From assembly GCA_965223295.1 (NCBI GenBank), contig CBDCWC010000002.1, positions 448,001 through 512,000 of the forward strand: a stretch of 64,000 bases of DNA, given 5' to 3'. Of this stretch, positions 41,999 through 51,713 are shown piece by piece. Source of the DNA: Nitrospirales bacterium. Its GTDB lineage: Bacteria > Nitrospirota > Nitrospiria > Nitrospirales > UBA8639. Within the stretch, counting starts at the first letter, position 1. Each line of letters opens with the position of its first letter. A program made the translations under genes and the position numbers. The notes beneath the pieces are model-generated. The model had not been told where the DNA came from, did no database searches, and worked only from the letters and a program-made list of their open reading frames with translations.

Positions 41999-42064
41999 GG
42001 TCTTTGCTCCTTTTTTATTAAGTATCTCCGGTACTGTTATGTATGGCTCAGATTATCTTCTGCA

Positions 42065-42092
42065 TTATCGGCATCTGAGGAAGATGTTTGCG
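42065..42092 (-). promoter_or_regulatory. Putative sigma-28 (FliA) promoter
   Basis: Minus strand GCAA-N15-GCCGATAA; perfect -10, imperfect -35. Confidence 0.6.
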
Positions 42093-42271
42093 ACGAGTGC
42101 AGAAAAACAAAAAAAATAAATGTATGAGAATCTAATAACAAAGAATGCTATTCAACTTGTTGGGTTTAATATGAGTAACGTTTTTCTGTAAGCATTAGTA
42201 GTTGCTGTCAATGATTCAAGAATTTTTTTGTTGAGATACCTAAACCTATGCAGTAGAAAAAGCGTACTGTC

Positions 42272-43201
42272 GTGATTACAGAATTTGTGGTGTCAACAGG
42301 TGAAAGGGTCAAGCGCCTGGATGTGTTCTTAGCCAGCCATGAGCGGAAGATCTCACGGTCTCGCCTCCAGCGCTTAATTCACACAGGGCGTATTCGAGTC
42401 AATGCGAAAAAAGTGAAGTCCAGTTTGAAGCTTAAACCTGGCGACTGGATTTCAATGGATACACCTGAACCGGGACCGATGATTGTAAACGATGAAGTCG
42501 TTCCACTTGAAATTCTCTTTGAGGATGAGTCTTTAATGGTCGTCAATAAGCCTGCAGAGGTGGTTGCACATCCTACGTCAGGTCATTGGAATGGGACGCT
42601 GTTGAATAGTCTTTTGGAGCATTTTCGTGAGGAAGGAAATATCGAGCCTGGCTTAGTTCATCGCCTCGATAAAGGAACATCTGGTCTCATGGTAGTGGCT
42701 AAAACAGACGTGGCCCATCAAATCCTTTGCGCACAGTTTGAAAAGCATTCCATAACGAGAACCTATGAAGGACTTGTGTATGGAAGCCCGCCAGAGCACC
42801 ATGGAGTCATCGAATTAGCGATTGGCCGTGATCCCAGTTATGGCAGGACGGTCTCTAGCAACTCCATGAAGCCAAAATTGGCTGTGACCGCTTTTAGGGT
42901 TCTCCAACGATTTGGAGAGGTCGCTTCTCATCTTGAACTGACTCCACGAACGGGCCGCAAACATCAGCTTCGAGTACATTTGGCATCAATCGGCTGCCCC
43001 ATCATTGGAGACGAGATCTATGGTCGTCAAGATTCCTCTCCCTTGAAGGAGTTATCCGCCTCCCGGATGTTTCTGCATGCACGAACCTTAGGTTTTCGTC
43101 ATCCTATATCTAGCAATTGGATGGAATTTCTCCTAGAAATTCCTACTGAGATGGGTAGGGTAATAAAGACATTGAAAGTACAGGCTCAAGGAGAAGTCTG
43201 A
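42272..43201 (+). CDS. rluD: RluA/RluD family 23S rRNA pseudouridine synthase
   Basis: S4 domain RLDVFL, VHRLDKGTSG, TGRKHQLRVH, PIIGD..YG. Confidence 0.88.
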   Translation: MITEFVVSTGERVKRLDVFLASHERKISRSRLQRLIHTGRIRVNAKKVKSSLKLKPGDWISMDTPEPGPMIVNDEVVPLEILFEDESLMVVNKPAEVVAHPTSGHWNGTLLNSLLEHFREEGNIEPGLVHRLDKGTSGLMVVAKTDVAHQILCAQFEKHSITRTYEGLVYGSPPEHHGVIELAIGRDPSYGRTVSSNSMKPKLAVTAFRVLQRFGEVASHLELTPRTGRKHQLRVHLASIGCPIIGDEIYGRQDSSPLKELSASRMFLHARTLGFRHPISSNWMEFLLEIPTEMGRVIKTLKVQAQGEV

Positions 43202-43338
43202 CGTTTTTAGCGCTCAGGAGGTGGCTTAGTCTGAGTTTTTATAGGAGAACCTGGAGAGGTGAGTCCTCTTCTACCTGTTGAATTTTTTTGTTATGTATGA
43301 ATCGCTTCCGTAGGTGATCTGCCAAGTGACTGTTAAAT

Positions 43339-43803
43339 ATGTTGGATGTTGTTCTTTTTGAGCCAGAAATTCCACCAAATACGGGAAATATTATTCGGCT
43401 CTGTGCGAACACGGGTTTTGGTCTCCATCTCATTCATCCTTTGGGTTTTGAACTAGATGACAAGCGAGCGCGTCGTGCTGGATTGGACTATCATGAGTTG
43501 GCGCGGATGAACGATTATCCCACGCTGCAAGACTATCTAAATGCTCACAAGCCTTCCCGTGTGTTTGCGATCACGACGAAAGGGAAAAAACTCTATCATG
43601 ATGTGGCCTTTCAACCAGGTGATGCCTTGCTTTTTGGTCCAGAAACAAGGGGGTTGCCTGCCGATATCTTAGATGCTTTTCCTCCAACCCATACTCTACG
43701 AATTCCTATGCAAGCGGGGAGTCGCAGTCTGAACTTAAGTAATGCAGTAGCTGTTGTGGTATACGAAGCCTGGCGGCAAAATCAGTTTTCTGGGTTACAT
43801 TGA
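43339..43803 (+). CDS. trmL: tRNA (cytidine/uridine-34-2'-O)-methyltransferase TrmL
   Basis: [38 protein letters not shown]. Confidence 0.95.
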   Translation: MLDVVLFEPEIPPNTGNIIRLCANTGFGLHLIHPLGFELDDKRARRAGLDYHELARMNDYPTLQDYLNAHKPSRVFAITTKGKKLYHDVAFQPGDALLFGPETRGLPADILDAFPPTHTLRIPMQAGSRSLNLSNAVAVVVYEAWRQNQFSGLH

Positions 43804-43893
43804 ATTCCCAGAAAGACTTTAAGAGCGTTTTGCCAAGATTTCGCCTTCTTCCCTTGAACTATAAAGATGCATTGGTTTTACTGAGAGTCTTGT

Positions 43894-45036
43894 TCATATT
43901 TCCGAGAACCCCAATCCGGTAAGATATTGTCGAAGTCCTTTCATACTTGGGGGTATGCTCACATGAGTTCTGTGAAATTCCCGACGAACGAGGTAGTGTT
44001 TGCGAAGCTTGTCAAAAAATGTAGGTCTTTCTTCCAAGGGAATGTTGAGAAGATTTTTCATGTGCTGATGGTCAGCTTCAATGTCATAGATTTTTGAGAC
44101 TGTCTCCTGTATTTGTACTTGGGGTGAACATTCCTTATGGTCTATCTGAATGAATGGCACAGTTGGTTCCGGTAGTGATTGTATCGGGTTCCACAAGGGT
44201 TTCCTGTTGAGATGCTTGCATAGAGCCGAATAAATCATGAAGGTGCCATTGGCTTTGCCATCCAGTGAGTGTCCTGCGATATGGGGAGTCCCTAGGGTAG
44301 CGGCTTGAAAGAGGTCCCAATTGATATCGGGTTCAGCTTCCCACACATCTAAAACCGTTGAGCCTATTCGGTTGTGCTGGATTGCTGTGAGCAAGGCATG
44401 GGTGTCCACGACTTCGCCTCGCGAAGCGTTAATGAAAATGCCGGTCGGTTTTATGTATTCAAAAGTTTTTTGATTCAGGAGATGGTAGGTAGGGTAAGGT
44501 CCTTCGGAAGTGAGGGGCGTATGTAACGTGACGACATCACACCCTAATGCTTCTTCTAGAGACTGGTGATCGATCTGCTTTTGTTCAGCTAGAGGCGGAT
44601 CATGAAGGACGGGGCGCATGCCTAGAGCCTCGGTCTTTTGCTTGACCAATTTTCCAATGTTGCCGACTCCGACAATTCCTATAGTTTTTTGGGTTAGCGA
44701 GAAGCTTCCTTGTGTGGCAAGGTAGAGCAGTGCTGCGATCACATATTCTGCGACTGAATTGGCATTTGACCCTGCCGCCGAAGCAAAAGGAATGTTGCGG
44801 GATTTCAGGTAGCTTGTATCTAAGTGATCTATGCCTGCAGAGGCCGAACCAACAAACTCCACTGGACTGTCTTGTAATAAATGTTGGTCTACTCTAGTGA
44901 TGGAGCGTATCAACAGAATGTTGGCGTCTACCAAATCTGAGGAGGTAATGGCTCGACCAGGAAGAATGTTTAAATTTCCCAGGCTGCCAAAGGCCTCTTT
45001 CAGATAGGGAATATTTTCTCCAGCGACGATGTTCAT
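43894..45036 (-). CDS. pdxB: 4-phosphoerythronate dehydrogenase
   Basis: ENIPY..EAF, IRSITRV, GSNANSVAEY, HTPLT, LDVWE.EP, TPHIAGHS.DGK..GT. Confidence 0.93.
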   Translation of the reverse strand: MNIVAGENIPYLKEAFGSLGNLNILPGRAITSSDLVDANILLIRSITRVDQHLLQDSPVEFVGSASAGIDHLDTSYLKSRNIPFASAAGSNANSVAEYVIAALLYLATQGSFSLTQKTIGIVGVGNIGKLVKQKTEALGMRPVLHDPPLAEQKQIDHQSLEEALGCDVVTLHTPLTSEGPYPTYHLLNQKTFEYIKPTGIFINASRGEVVDTHALLTAIQHNRIGSTVLDVWEAEPDINWDLFQAATLGTPHIAGHSLDGKANGTFMIYSALCKHLNRKPLWNPIQSLPEPTVPFIQIDHKECSPQVQIQETVSKIYDIEADHQHMKNLLNIPLEERPTFFDKLRKHYLVRREFHRTHVSIPPSMKGLRQYLTGLGFSEI

Positions 45037-45232
45037 ATGACAAGATTCCGTGTTTGTGGTTGTAGAAAATTCAAAATGCTGTGTGTCGTTATAGTATCAT
45101 GCCGCATCCCATTCGTCTTTCTGTAGATAGGTATCTGCACATCTCCACTGGTTGTGTCGAATTGCATTCTCCTGATGGTTTTGATATTTCTCATGCAGCC
45201 ATTGAGCAAAAAATAGGTAAGTTGTCACACAT

Positions 45233-45422
45233 GAGGCTGTTGAATAATTCAATTTCAAGTTATGAAAAGGCCATCAGAGCCATGGCGGCTTCAATGCGAT
45301 GGGAATGGTCAAAAAAGTCCGTCCAGCAAGGCCGCAGCCATTTTGGCGTGCGGAGCGTACTGGTATTACGTGAGCACGGAAAAAGGGCAAGAACGCCGCT
45401 GGCGGCTTTTTTCAACATTCCC
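45233..45422. mobile_element. MITE family A copy 3 (190 bp, inverted relative to copy 1)
   Basis: TIRs GAGGCTGTTGAA / TTCAACATTCCC; 5-bp TSD CACAT; core homologous to copy 1. Confidence 0.85.
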
Positions 45423-45450
45423 CACATGAATATTGAAGAGAGGATGTTAG

Positions 45451-46338
45451 GTGAGCAAACGAAATAAGCGACAACAATTAGGTCGGTCCGAGCCATCAAA
45501 AAATTCTGCAGAGCAGCCTGCCTCGCAAAAGCCACAAGTGGCGTTTGTACTCACGATGACGCTGTTTGCGCTTGCAGTCGCTGGAATTTTGCTAACGTCC
45601 TATCTCACGTATGTTGCATGGTTTGAAGATCACCCGGCCTTTTGCGCTGAAGGCTCTGGCTGTGATCTTGTGCAAGCCAGTCGATGGTCGATGTTGATGG
45701 GACTGCCCATGGCGTTTTGGGGATGGTTGACCTATGTGACTCTGGCCTATGGTATCTGGCGAACACAATTAAAACCCACTAGTTGGACTTTCGTGCTTTT
45801 TGTCTCGGTATGTGGCTTTGCTGTTAGTGCCTACCTCACTGTTATCTCAGTGGTTGAGATTGAGGCGACCTGCCCATATTGTTTGGCCTCGTTTGCGATC
45901 ATAACAACGATTATGATTCTTACGTTGATTCAACAACCTTCTGAATGGTCGACTTCCCTAAAAGAGGCGCTGATTATCGCAGCCGTGATTGTTGGAGGTT
46001 TGCATTTACATTATAGCGGTGTATTTGATGCGGCTGCTGGTCCGGAAGATCCACAGCTTCAGGCTCTGGCGATACATCTGGTGGAGAAAGGGGTAAAATT
46101 TTATGGAGCCTATTGGTGTCCGCGTTGCCAGGAACAAAAAGCTGTTTTTGAGGCCTCAGCCCAGCGCTTACCTTATGTTGAATGTAGTTCCGGCGGTCGA
46201 GGGAGTGCACTTACCAAAGCCTGCGCTGCCGCGAAAATTAAGAGTTATCCCACCTGGATTATTGGAGAACGTCGTCTGACAGGCCTGCAAACCCCTCGCT
46301 CGTTAGCGGCTGCCACTGGGTTTGCCTGGAAAGAGTAG
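45451..46338 (+). CDS. Vitamin K epoxide reductase (VKOR) fused to thioredoxin-like domain (disulfide formation)
   Basis: C.EGSGC..V..S.WS, CPYC in TM region, FYGAYWCPRC, YPTW. Confidence 0.92.
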   Translation: MSKRNKRQQLGRSEPSKNSAEQPASQKPQVAFVLTMTLFALAVAGILLTSYLTYVAWFEDHPAFCAEGSGCDLVQASRWSMLMGLPMAFWGWLTYVTLAYGIWRTQLKPTSWTFVLFVSVCGFAVSAYLTVISVVEIEATCPYCLASFAIITTIMILTLIQQPSEWSTSLKEALIIAAVIVGGLHLHYSGVFDAAAGPEDPQLQALAIHLVEKGVKFYGAYWCPRCQEQKAVFEASAQRLPYVECSSGGRGSALTKACAAAKIKSYPTWIIGERRLTGLQTPRSLAAATGFAWKE

Positions 46339-46591
46339 AACGCTTTGTTGCTAAAAAACTCTCCAGCTCTTGTAGGAATTCTCTAGCGTTTTGTTTCTTA
46401 TCCCTTCTCTGGTCTAGTCATTTTATTCTTTCTCTTCACAACTCATGTTCTCACATCTGTGTAATAATTTTTAGAAAAATTTGACTGCTCAACAGAGAGC
46501 AATGATCACAAGCTCTTCATTCTAATCCTTGAAGTTGATTGCGTCGAGAGCTTAGCTATTTGTAGACATTTAGAGTCTATCTTTTATGAAA

Positions 46592-46789
46592 GGGAGTGTT
46601 GAATAATGAAGATATTAAAGGGCATATTTCGCCAGGGACTCGTTGATGATGAGTGGACTCGGGTCGGTTCAAAAAAGTCCGCTCGTCTGCACGAAGCCGT
46701 TTCGGAGAAGTCAGGGAATGCCGTTCCCGGCCTTCGTAGCCCATCGAATTACTCCGGCGGAGTAGGCGGCAGCTTTTTTCAACAGACCT
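46592..46789. mobile_element. MITE family A copy 4 (198 bp, inverted)
   Basis: TIRs GGGAGTGTTGAA / TTCAACAGACCT; 5-bp TSD TGAAA; core homologous to copy 2. Confidence 0.83.
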
Positions 46790-46883
46790 TGAAATACATG
46801 AACGTGGTCCTATTTACTCGTCGTACTGACTCTTGATGAATTGATTCGACTTTTGATATCTAACCTTACTTGGTGAGATTCAT

Positions 46884-47447
46884 ATGAGAAGAATTGTTCA
46901 TACTTCATTTTTTTTCTATCTCATAATGCTTTTCCCACAGGTAGGCTGGACAGAAGAATTTGAATGGACTTCAATTGGTATTCGTGGTGCGGTGAACTAT
47001 AAAGACGCGGGTTTACCACCAGGAGAAAAAGTCGATTTTGAACAATTTGACGTGGTAGGAACTCTTGGGTTCCCTGGTTCTTGGGCCGTTGGCTGGGGGT
47101 GGGACGCCCGGTATCAACTCCATACCACTGCTGGGGCGTTGAGAGGCGACGGAGACACAGGGTTTATAAGTACGGTCACCGGAGGCATCGCTATGAACAA
47201 AAGCCATTGGAGAACCACGCTAGATTTTGGTGTTGGAGGGGCGTTGCTCAGCAAATGGAAATTCCCTGGGCAAAATGTGGGAGGTCCTTTTCAATTTATT
47301 GCCCATGGAGGTATTCTTTTTCATCTGCCCTGGAATCTTTTTGCTGGGTATCGATTTCATCATATGTCCGATGGCATGATCTATGGAGATAATCGGGGAG
47401 TAGACTTGCACATGCTTGAAGTGCGCTACCGTATAGGCGTTCCTTAA
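46884..47447 (+). CDS. Acyloxyacyl hydrolase / lipid A 3-O-deacylase (PagL-like) outer-membrane beta-barrel
   Basis: Signal peptide; GG.FQF, GYRFHHMSDG...N.G.D catalytic HxS motif. Confidence 0.82.
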   Translation: MRRIVHTSFFFYLIMLFPQVGWTEEFEWTSIGIRGAVNYKDAGLPPGEKVDFEQFDVVGTLGFPGSWAVGWGWDARYQLHTTAGALRGDGDTGFISTVTGGIAMNKSHWRTTLDFGVGGALLSKWKFPGQNVGGPFQFIAHGGILFHLPWNLFAGYRFHHMSDGMIYGDNRGVDLHMLEVRYRIGVP

Positions 47448-47535
47448 CCTACCTGTAATACGTTTGAGGCAGCTCAGCCGCAGTTTCTAGCACGACCGAA
47501 CTGCCTTAAACAAGTTCACATAAACGAATTGCTCG

Positions 47536-49515
47536 TTAAGGCTGTTTTATCGATAGACCATCCATTCTTTCGGCTCCGTAGCTGTAGAGGGAGCCATCCC
47601 AATTTAGATCAAACGTGCAACTGGTATTGGTGCCCAGGGAGCTTGGCGTGCAGCGCAGTACATCTGCGCTATCACCAGAAGTACTGTTGACACTAAATAT
47701 CCCACGGGTCGTCAGATAGATTTCGCCACTATCTGCGATCCAAACTCCAAAGATATCTTCGTCATTTGATTGGTTCAGACCAACATCTGACCCATCAAAG
47801 TAGAGAGCCCAGGAACCGCTCGTTGTTGTACCAAGTGAAGTAGGTGTGAAGACTAAGAGATCTTCATCCCGCCAACGAGTTCCGATCACGTTAACATTCC
47901 CAGCTGTGCTTAGCACAATACGTCCATCAGCGAGGACATGTAATGAGTCAATCTTTTCACCGTTAGTTGCCAGGCCGACGTCAGAGCCGTCAAAATATAA
48001 TTCAAAGATCCCGCTCGTGGTTGTTCCGAGACTCGAGGGAATAAAGCGGACAATGTCGGAGTTGTCGACAGTGCCTACATTGGGAATCGTGGTATCTCCA
48101 ATGAAGGACAATAGTAGCGTTCCATCATCCAACACGTGAAAGGCGTTGATATCACGGGCTCCAGCACCAGAAAGACCCACATCGGAGCCGTCAAAGTATA
48201 GGCTCCACGTATTGGTCGTTCGATTAAAGGCCAGGATGTCCTCATCAGCGAAGGAAACGCCACCTACTGAACCGCCGGATGTAGAACTCAGATAGAGGAT
48301 AGTTTCAGCTGATGGTGTGTCAGTTACTGTCCAGGTGAAATCAGTACTCGCATTGCTAACTTGTCCATCATCCACGGTAACCGTCACGTTGTATTGTCCT
48401 ACAGTATCCAGCGTCCCTGTTATCGTCCCACTTGCGCTATTTATAGCTAGGTCTGAGGGTAAACCTGAGGCACTGTAAGTTAATTGATCGCCGTCGGGAT
48501 CGCTGGCATTAATGGCTAGATTAATCACGTCACCAAGAAGATGATCTTGGTTGCCAGGGTTAGAAATAGTTGGCGGATTATTCCCACCTGGTCCACTAGG
48601 TAAATTTACTGTCAGGCGGATACCTGTGGAATGCCATAATTCTCCCCCTTCAGAAGCTAAATGAGGTAAATAGCTTCGATACCAGAGTATATTGTCTTGA
48701 CCATTGATATTTTCCCCATTGTTTCCTAGCACACTGGTAATTGCGCCGTCAGTCCAGCCACCTGCTTCACTGCTGTGATATAGTCGTCCGTAGACCTGAC
48801 TATTAGCATACTCGGTTTCGGGGATTACCGTCCCTGGGACATTCCAGGTATTGGTATCGAACGCGACATCAACTGTCATTCCATTGACCGTATCTCTCAC
48901 TTGCCATTGATGATTATTCGCTTCGGTTGCAGCTGCATCGAATTCATTGGAATAGATCTCCCAAGCGGTACCGGTATGTCGTCTGATTTGATCAGACGCT
49001 GCTCCAGCCAGATCGAAGTCCAGCCGCCAAAACGGATAATGGAGGTGGTCTGTTTGGCACTGTAAGCCTTTGGCAAAGATATGGGCGTCAATTTGACCAC
49101 TCCCGCTCAAATACCAGACTTGATATAAGATATAGGCCCCAATTTGATCCTGAAACCCTATTTCTCGCCAAGTTTCACCATTTTGGGTAAATGTCCGATT
49201 CACCACTGAACTATTTCCTGCCCATGATACAGGCAGCCCCGACCCTCCGAGACGATCTGCGTAAGGGCCACAAGCATTATTTTCATAAAATACTGTCATG
49301 ACTGGCATGCTGGCTCGTTCCAACACCTTCACGCCTTGGTAGCTGACGTTACTCAGTGACATGCCATCAAAACGACTTGAGACCTCATAGTCTAAGGTCC
49401 ATCCCTCCCAATTAACACTCCCAGCACTTTGTGCTTGAACGATTATAGGAGTCCATAGCATCAATGCCGATGCCACAATCAAGTATGTGAACATGAATAT
49501 TTTTTTTGCCTTCAT
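47536..49515 (-). CDS. Secreted protein: copper-amine-oxidase-like catalytic domain + Ig-like (He_PIG) domain + C-terminal FDGSDVGL-repeat domain
   Basis: Signal peptide (VQA); V.WEGW.L.Y....DG..L.NV.Y.G..VLERAS.P.M.V.Y; HLH.PFWRLDFDL.G; WY....PH. Confidence 0.7.
   Translation of the reverse strand: MKAKKIFMFTYLIVASALMLWTPIIVQAQSAGSVNWEGWTLDYEVSSRFDGMSLSNVSYQGVKVLERASMPVMTVFYENNACGPYADRLGGSGLPVSWAGNSSVVNRTFTQNGETWREIGFQDQIGAYILYQVWYLSGSGQIDAHIFAKGLQCQTDHLHYPFWRLDFDLAGAASDQIRRHTGTAWEIYSNEFDAAATEANNHQWQVRDTVNGMTVDVAFDTNTWNVPGTVIPETEYANSQVYGRLYHSSEAGGWTDGAITSVLGNNGENINGQDNILWYRSYLPHLASEGGELWHSTGIRLTVNLPSGPGGNNPPTISNPGNQDHLLGDVINLAINASDPDGDQLTYSASGLPSDLAINSASGTITGTLDTVGQYNVTVTVDDGQVSNASTDFTWTVTDTPSAETILYLSSTSGGSVGGVSFADEDILAFNRTTNTWSLYFDGSDVGLSGAGARDINAFHVLDDGTLLLSFIGDTTIPNVGTVDNSDIVRFIPSSLGTTTSGIFELYFDGSDVGLATNGEKIDSLHVLADGRIVLSTAGNVNVIGTRWRDEDLLVFTPTSLGTTTSGSWALYFDGSDVGLNQSNDEDIFGVWIADSGEIYLTTRGIFSVNSTSGDSADVLRCTPSSLGTNTSCTFDLNWDGSLYSYGAERMDGLSIKQP
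47590..48260. repeat. Duplicated 3' segment (copy 1) shared with 51764-52430
   Basis: Near-identical DNA blocks, e.g. CACTAAATATCCCACGGGTCGTCAGATAGATTTCGCCACTATC in both genes. Confidence 0.9.
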
Positions 49516-49519
49516 TTGA

Positions 49520-50443
49520 TTAATCCTCCCGACTTTCTACGACGACTTGATCGGTCAGATCAACCCAGGCGACGTATTCCGGTCCCACATCAACATTATG
49601 GTGAAAGGAGACATATCCTATTCGATGGTCGAAAAATGCTGAATTTCCGTCTGTTGGCAATGCTAAAATCGTGTTGCCTTCTAACTCCGCTACTTGGGTA
49701 TTACCTTCAGCAATCAGCGTACGGCGGGCTATCTGGATGGCCTCAGCCACTTCTGTTTCAGTAAGTGGGGGCTGATATATAACCGGAGGTATTGGATGAA
49801 TGGTGATGACTGAATCTTGGTCTACAAGAACTTCAACGGTCATATTATTTGTGTGGCTGAAAAAGGTATGGCGGACCTGGTGGTTATTTCTTTGTCCTTT
49901 CATTCCAAGTAATTCTTGGCCTACATGTACATAACGATCACCCAAAGCGATTTGGACATCTGGTGACTGCAGCGTTAGTGTGTTTGCATTTTCCTGAGCG
50001 ATAGCCGCACGACCCATTAGTGCAACCGACTGTTCTGTTCTAATATTTTCCATCGATTTTGGTTGTGGCGGAAAGACATTGCCTACAGCTTCAAAGCGTA
50101 CGTTCGGATCTGTGCTTTGATCATGATGATGGATGCGATCGTGACTGTGAGGATCATCGGGCAACACTGTTTCACGGACTCGCAATTCACTTAGGATGTT
50201 TTGCACCTCTTCATGTTGTCGCTGCCACATTTCTTTCTTACACTCATGTATGAGGTCACGGTCACGATGTTGAGTCAATCGGGAATCGGTAGAATGAATG
50301 CTGATTTGAGATAGTTGCTGAAAAAGTGCAGGATTTGTACATTCAGCTTGAACGGTCGTTGTCCACAACCCTAGCACTAGAGGGCCGAGGACTAGTCCGT
50401 TCAGGCTAAACCAATAGCCGCGTCGACGAGTCGCCGTTGTCAT
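49520..50443 (-). CDS. Secreted protein resembling copper-amine-oxidase N-terminal (N2/N3) domains, with His-rich linker
   Basis: Signal peptide (VQA), QPPLT.TE..EA.QIA, AWVDLT...VV; 4 bp upstream of the 47536-49515 gene; AGGAG RBS. Confidence 0.6.
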   Translation of the reverse strand: MTTATRRRGYWFSLNGLVLGPLVLGLWTTTVQAECTNPALFQQLSQISIHSTDSRLTQHRDRDLIHECKKEMWQRQHEEVQNILSELRVRETVLPDDPHSHDRIHHHDQSTDPNVRFEAVGNVFPPQPKSMENIRTEQSVALMGRAAIAQENANTLTLQSPDVQIALGDRYVHVGQELLGMKGQRNNHQVRHTFFSHTNNMTVEVLVDQDSVITIHPIPPVIYQPPLTETEVAEAIQIARRTLIAEGNTQVAELEGNTILALPTDGNSAFFDHRIGYVSFHHNVDVGPEYVAWVDLTDQVVVESRED

Positions 50444-51189
50444 GGGGGACACTCCTTTGTTGGTATAGAGAGATTATAAGGGGGTAAGTGAAGCCATAAA
50501 GTACTACCAATAAAATAGATTCAAGGTCAAATTTAAAAAAAAGGTGAATAATAGCAATACCACAAAAGAAGGCAGGACATCTGTCAACTATGGAAATCTA
50601 AAAAAAAATCCTGGAAGGCCAATAAATTTTTGAATGGTTCTGTTGAAGTCATCGTGTGAATGAAAAGGTTACTGTTGGTCAAAATGTCCTTGGAAATATG
50701 CTTCTGGTTGGGAGACCCTAATTGTTTTTGTTTAAAAGGAGGCGTTGACATATCAGCGCTCTTTTTCTGAGATTAGTTAGATTGTTTCGAGGAAAGAAAT
50801 TCTCTGTGTCATACTCTCATAGACTGCGAACGCTTGAAGCCTGTTGTTTTGAGATTATTCAAGGAAAAAATTTTGGCTCTTTAGGCAGTACGCTAAAATT
50901 TGTTTTGATTTTTTTCATTGGGTATCTCTCCGTGTTTTTCGATTGAAGAGTCAACCTCTACAGTACGTTAATAAATCAAGGAAAAATATTTTGACTGTTT
51001 CTCAAGAGTTCACGGTAGAGATGTGACGTGCGTTTTTTTGTTTAATCCTACTACTTATAAGAAATTGTTCTTTTTTAAAATTTCCTGACATGAACCAAGC
51101 AAGGAATGTGGCAAAGTTGCCGAAAAGGAAGGAGACTTAACGAGATTAGTCATAAATTAGAAATTGGAGAAAATCTGGTGCACTGCAAA

Positions 51190-51654
51190 ATGACAGTCGT
51201 TCGAGTTGTTCTTTTTTGCTTTCTTTTCGTTGGTCTTTTTTCGAGTCCTCTTCTCTTTGCCAGTCCGACTTTTTTGAACCGACAGGCGTATCCTCTCCCG
51301 CTTGGCTTAACGGAAATTGGGAAGTTCCATAAGAATGATCTCAAGACATTTGAAATTTGGACACAATGGAGCAATCCCTCACACGAGAAAATCGTGGTCA
51401 ACGTCACCTTTACATTTTTTGACAAAGATTCTTCCGACTCGCAGTTAGGAGAAGATGGGAAGGATGATATCCTAATGACAGTGACGGAGACACTGATCAT
51501 TCCTGAGCAGACAAGCAACTGGGGAAAATATTCCCAACTCACGGCGATCGGGCACAAACTCAATCAAGGCTTTGATCACCCTGCGGAAGGTGCAGGTTTA
51601 GAATTGTACCTTGAAGCACAAGTCATTTCGGTTAAATATATTTCTCAGGAATGA
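51190..51654 (+). CDS. Secreted hypothetical protein
   Basis: Hydrophobic signal-like N-terminus; beta-rich. Confidence 0.6.
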   Translation: MTVVRVVLFCFLFVGLFSSPLLFASPTFLNRQAYPLPLGLTEIGKFHKNDLKTFEIWTQWSNPSHEKIVVNVTFTFFDKDSSDSQLGEDGKDDILMTVTETLIIPEQTSNWGKYSQLTAIGHKLNQGFDHPAEGAGLELYLEAQVISVKYISQE

Positions 51655-51713
51655 CATGCATTTTCTTTTGCCACTTTGCCAACGTGAATAATTTGGTAAC
51701 AGACTGGTTAACA

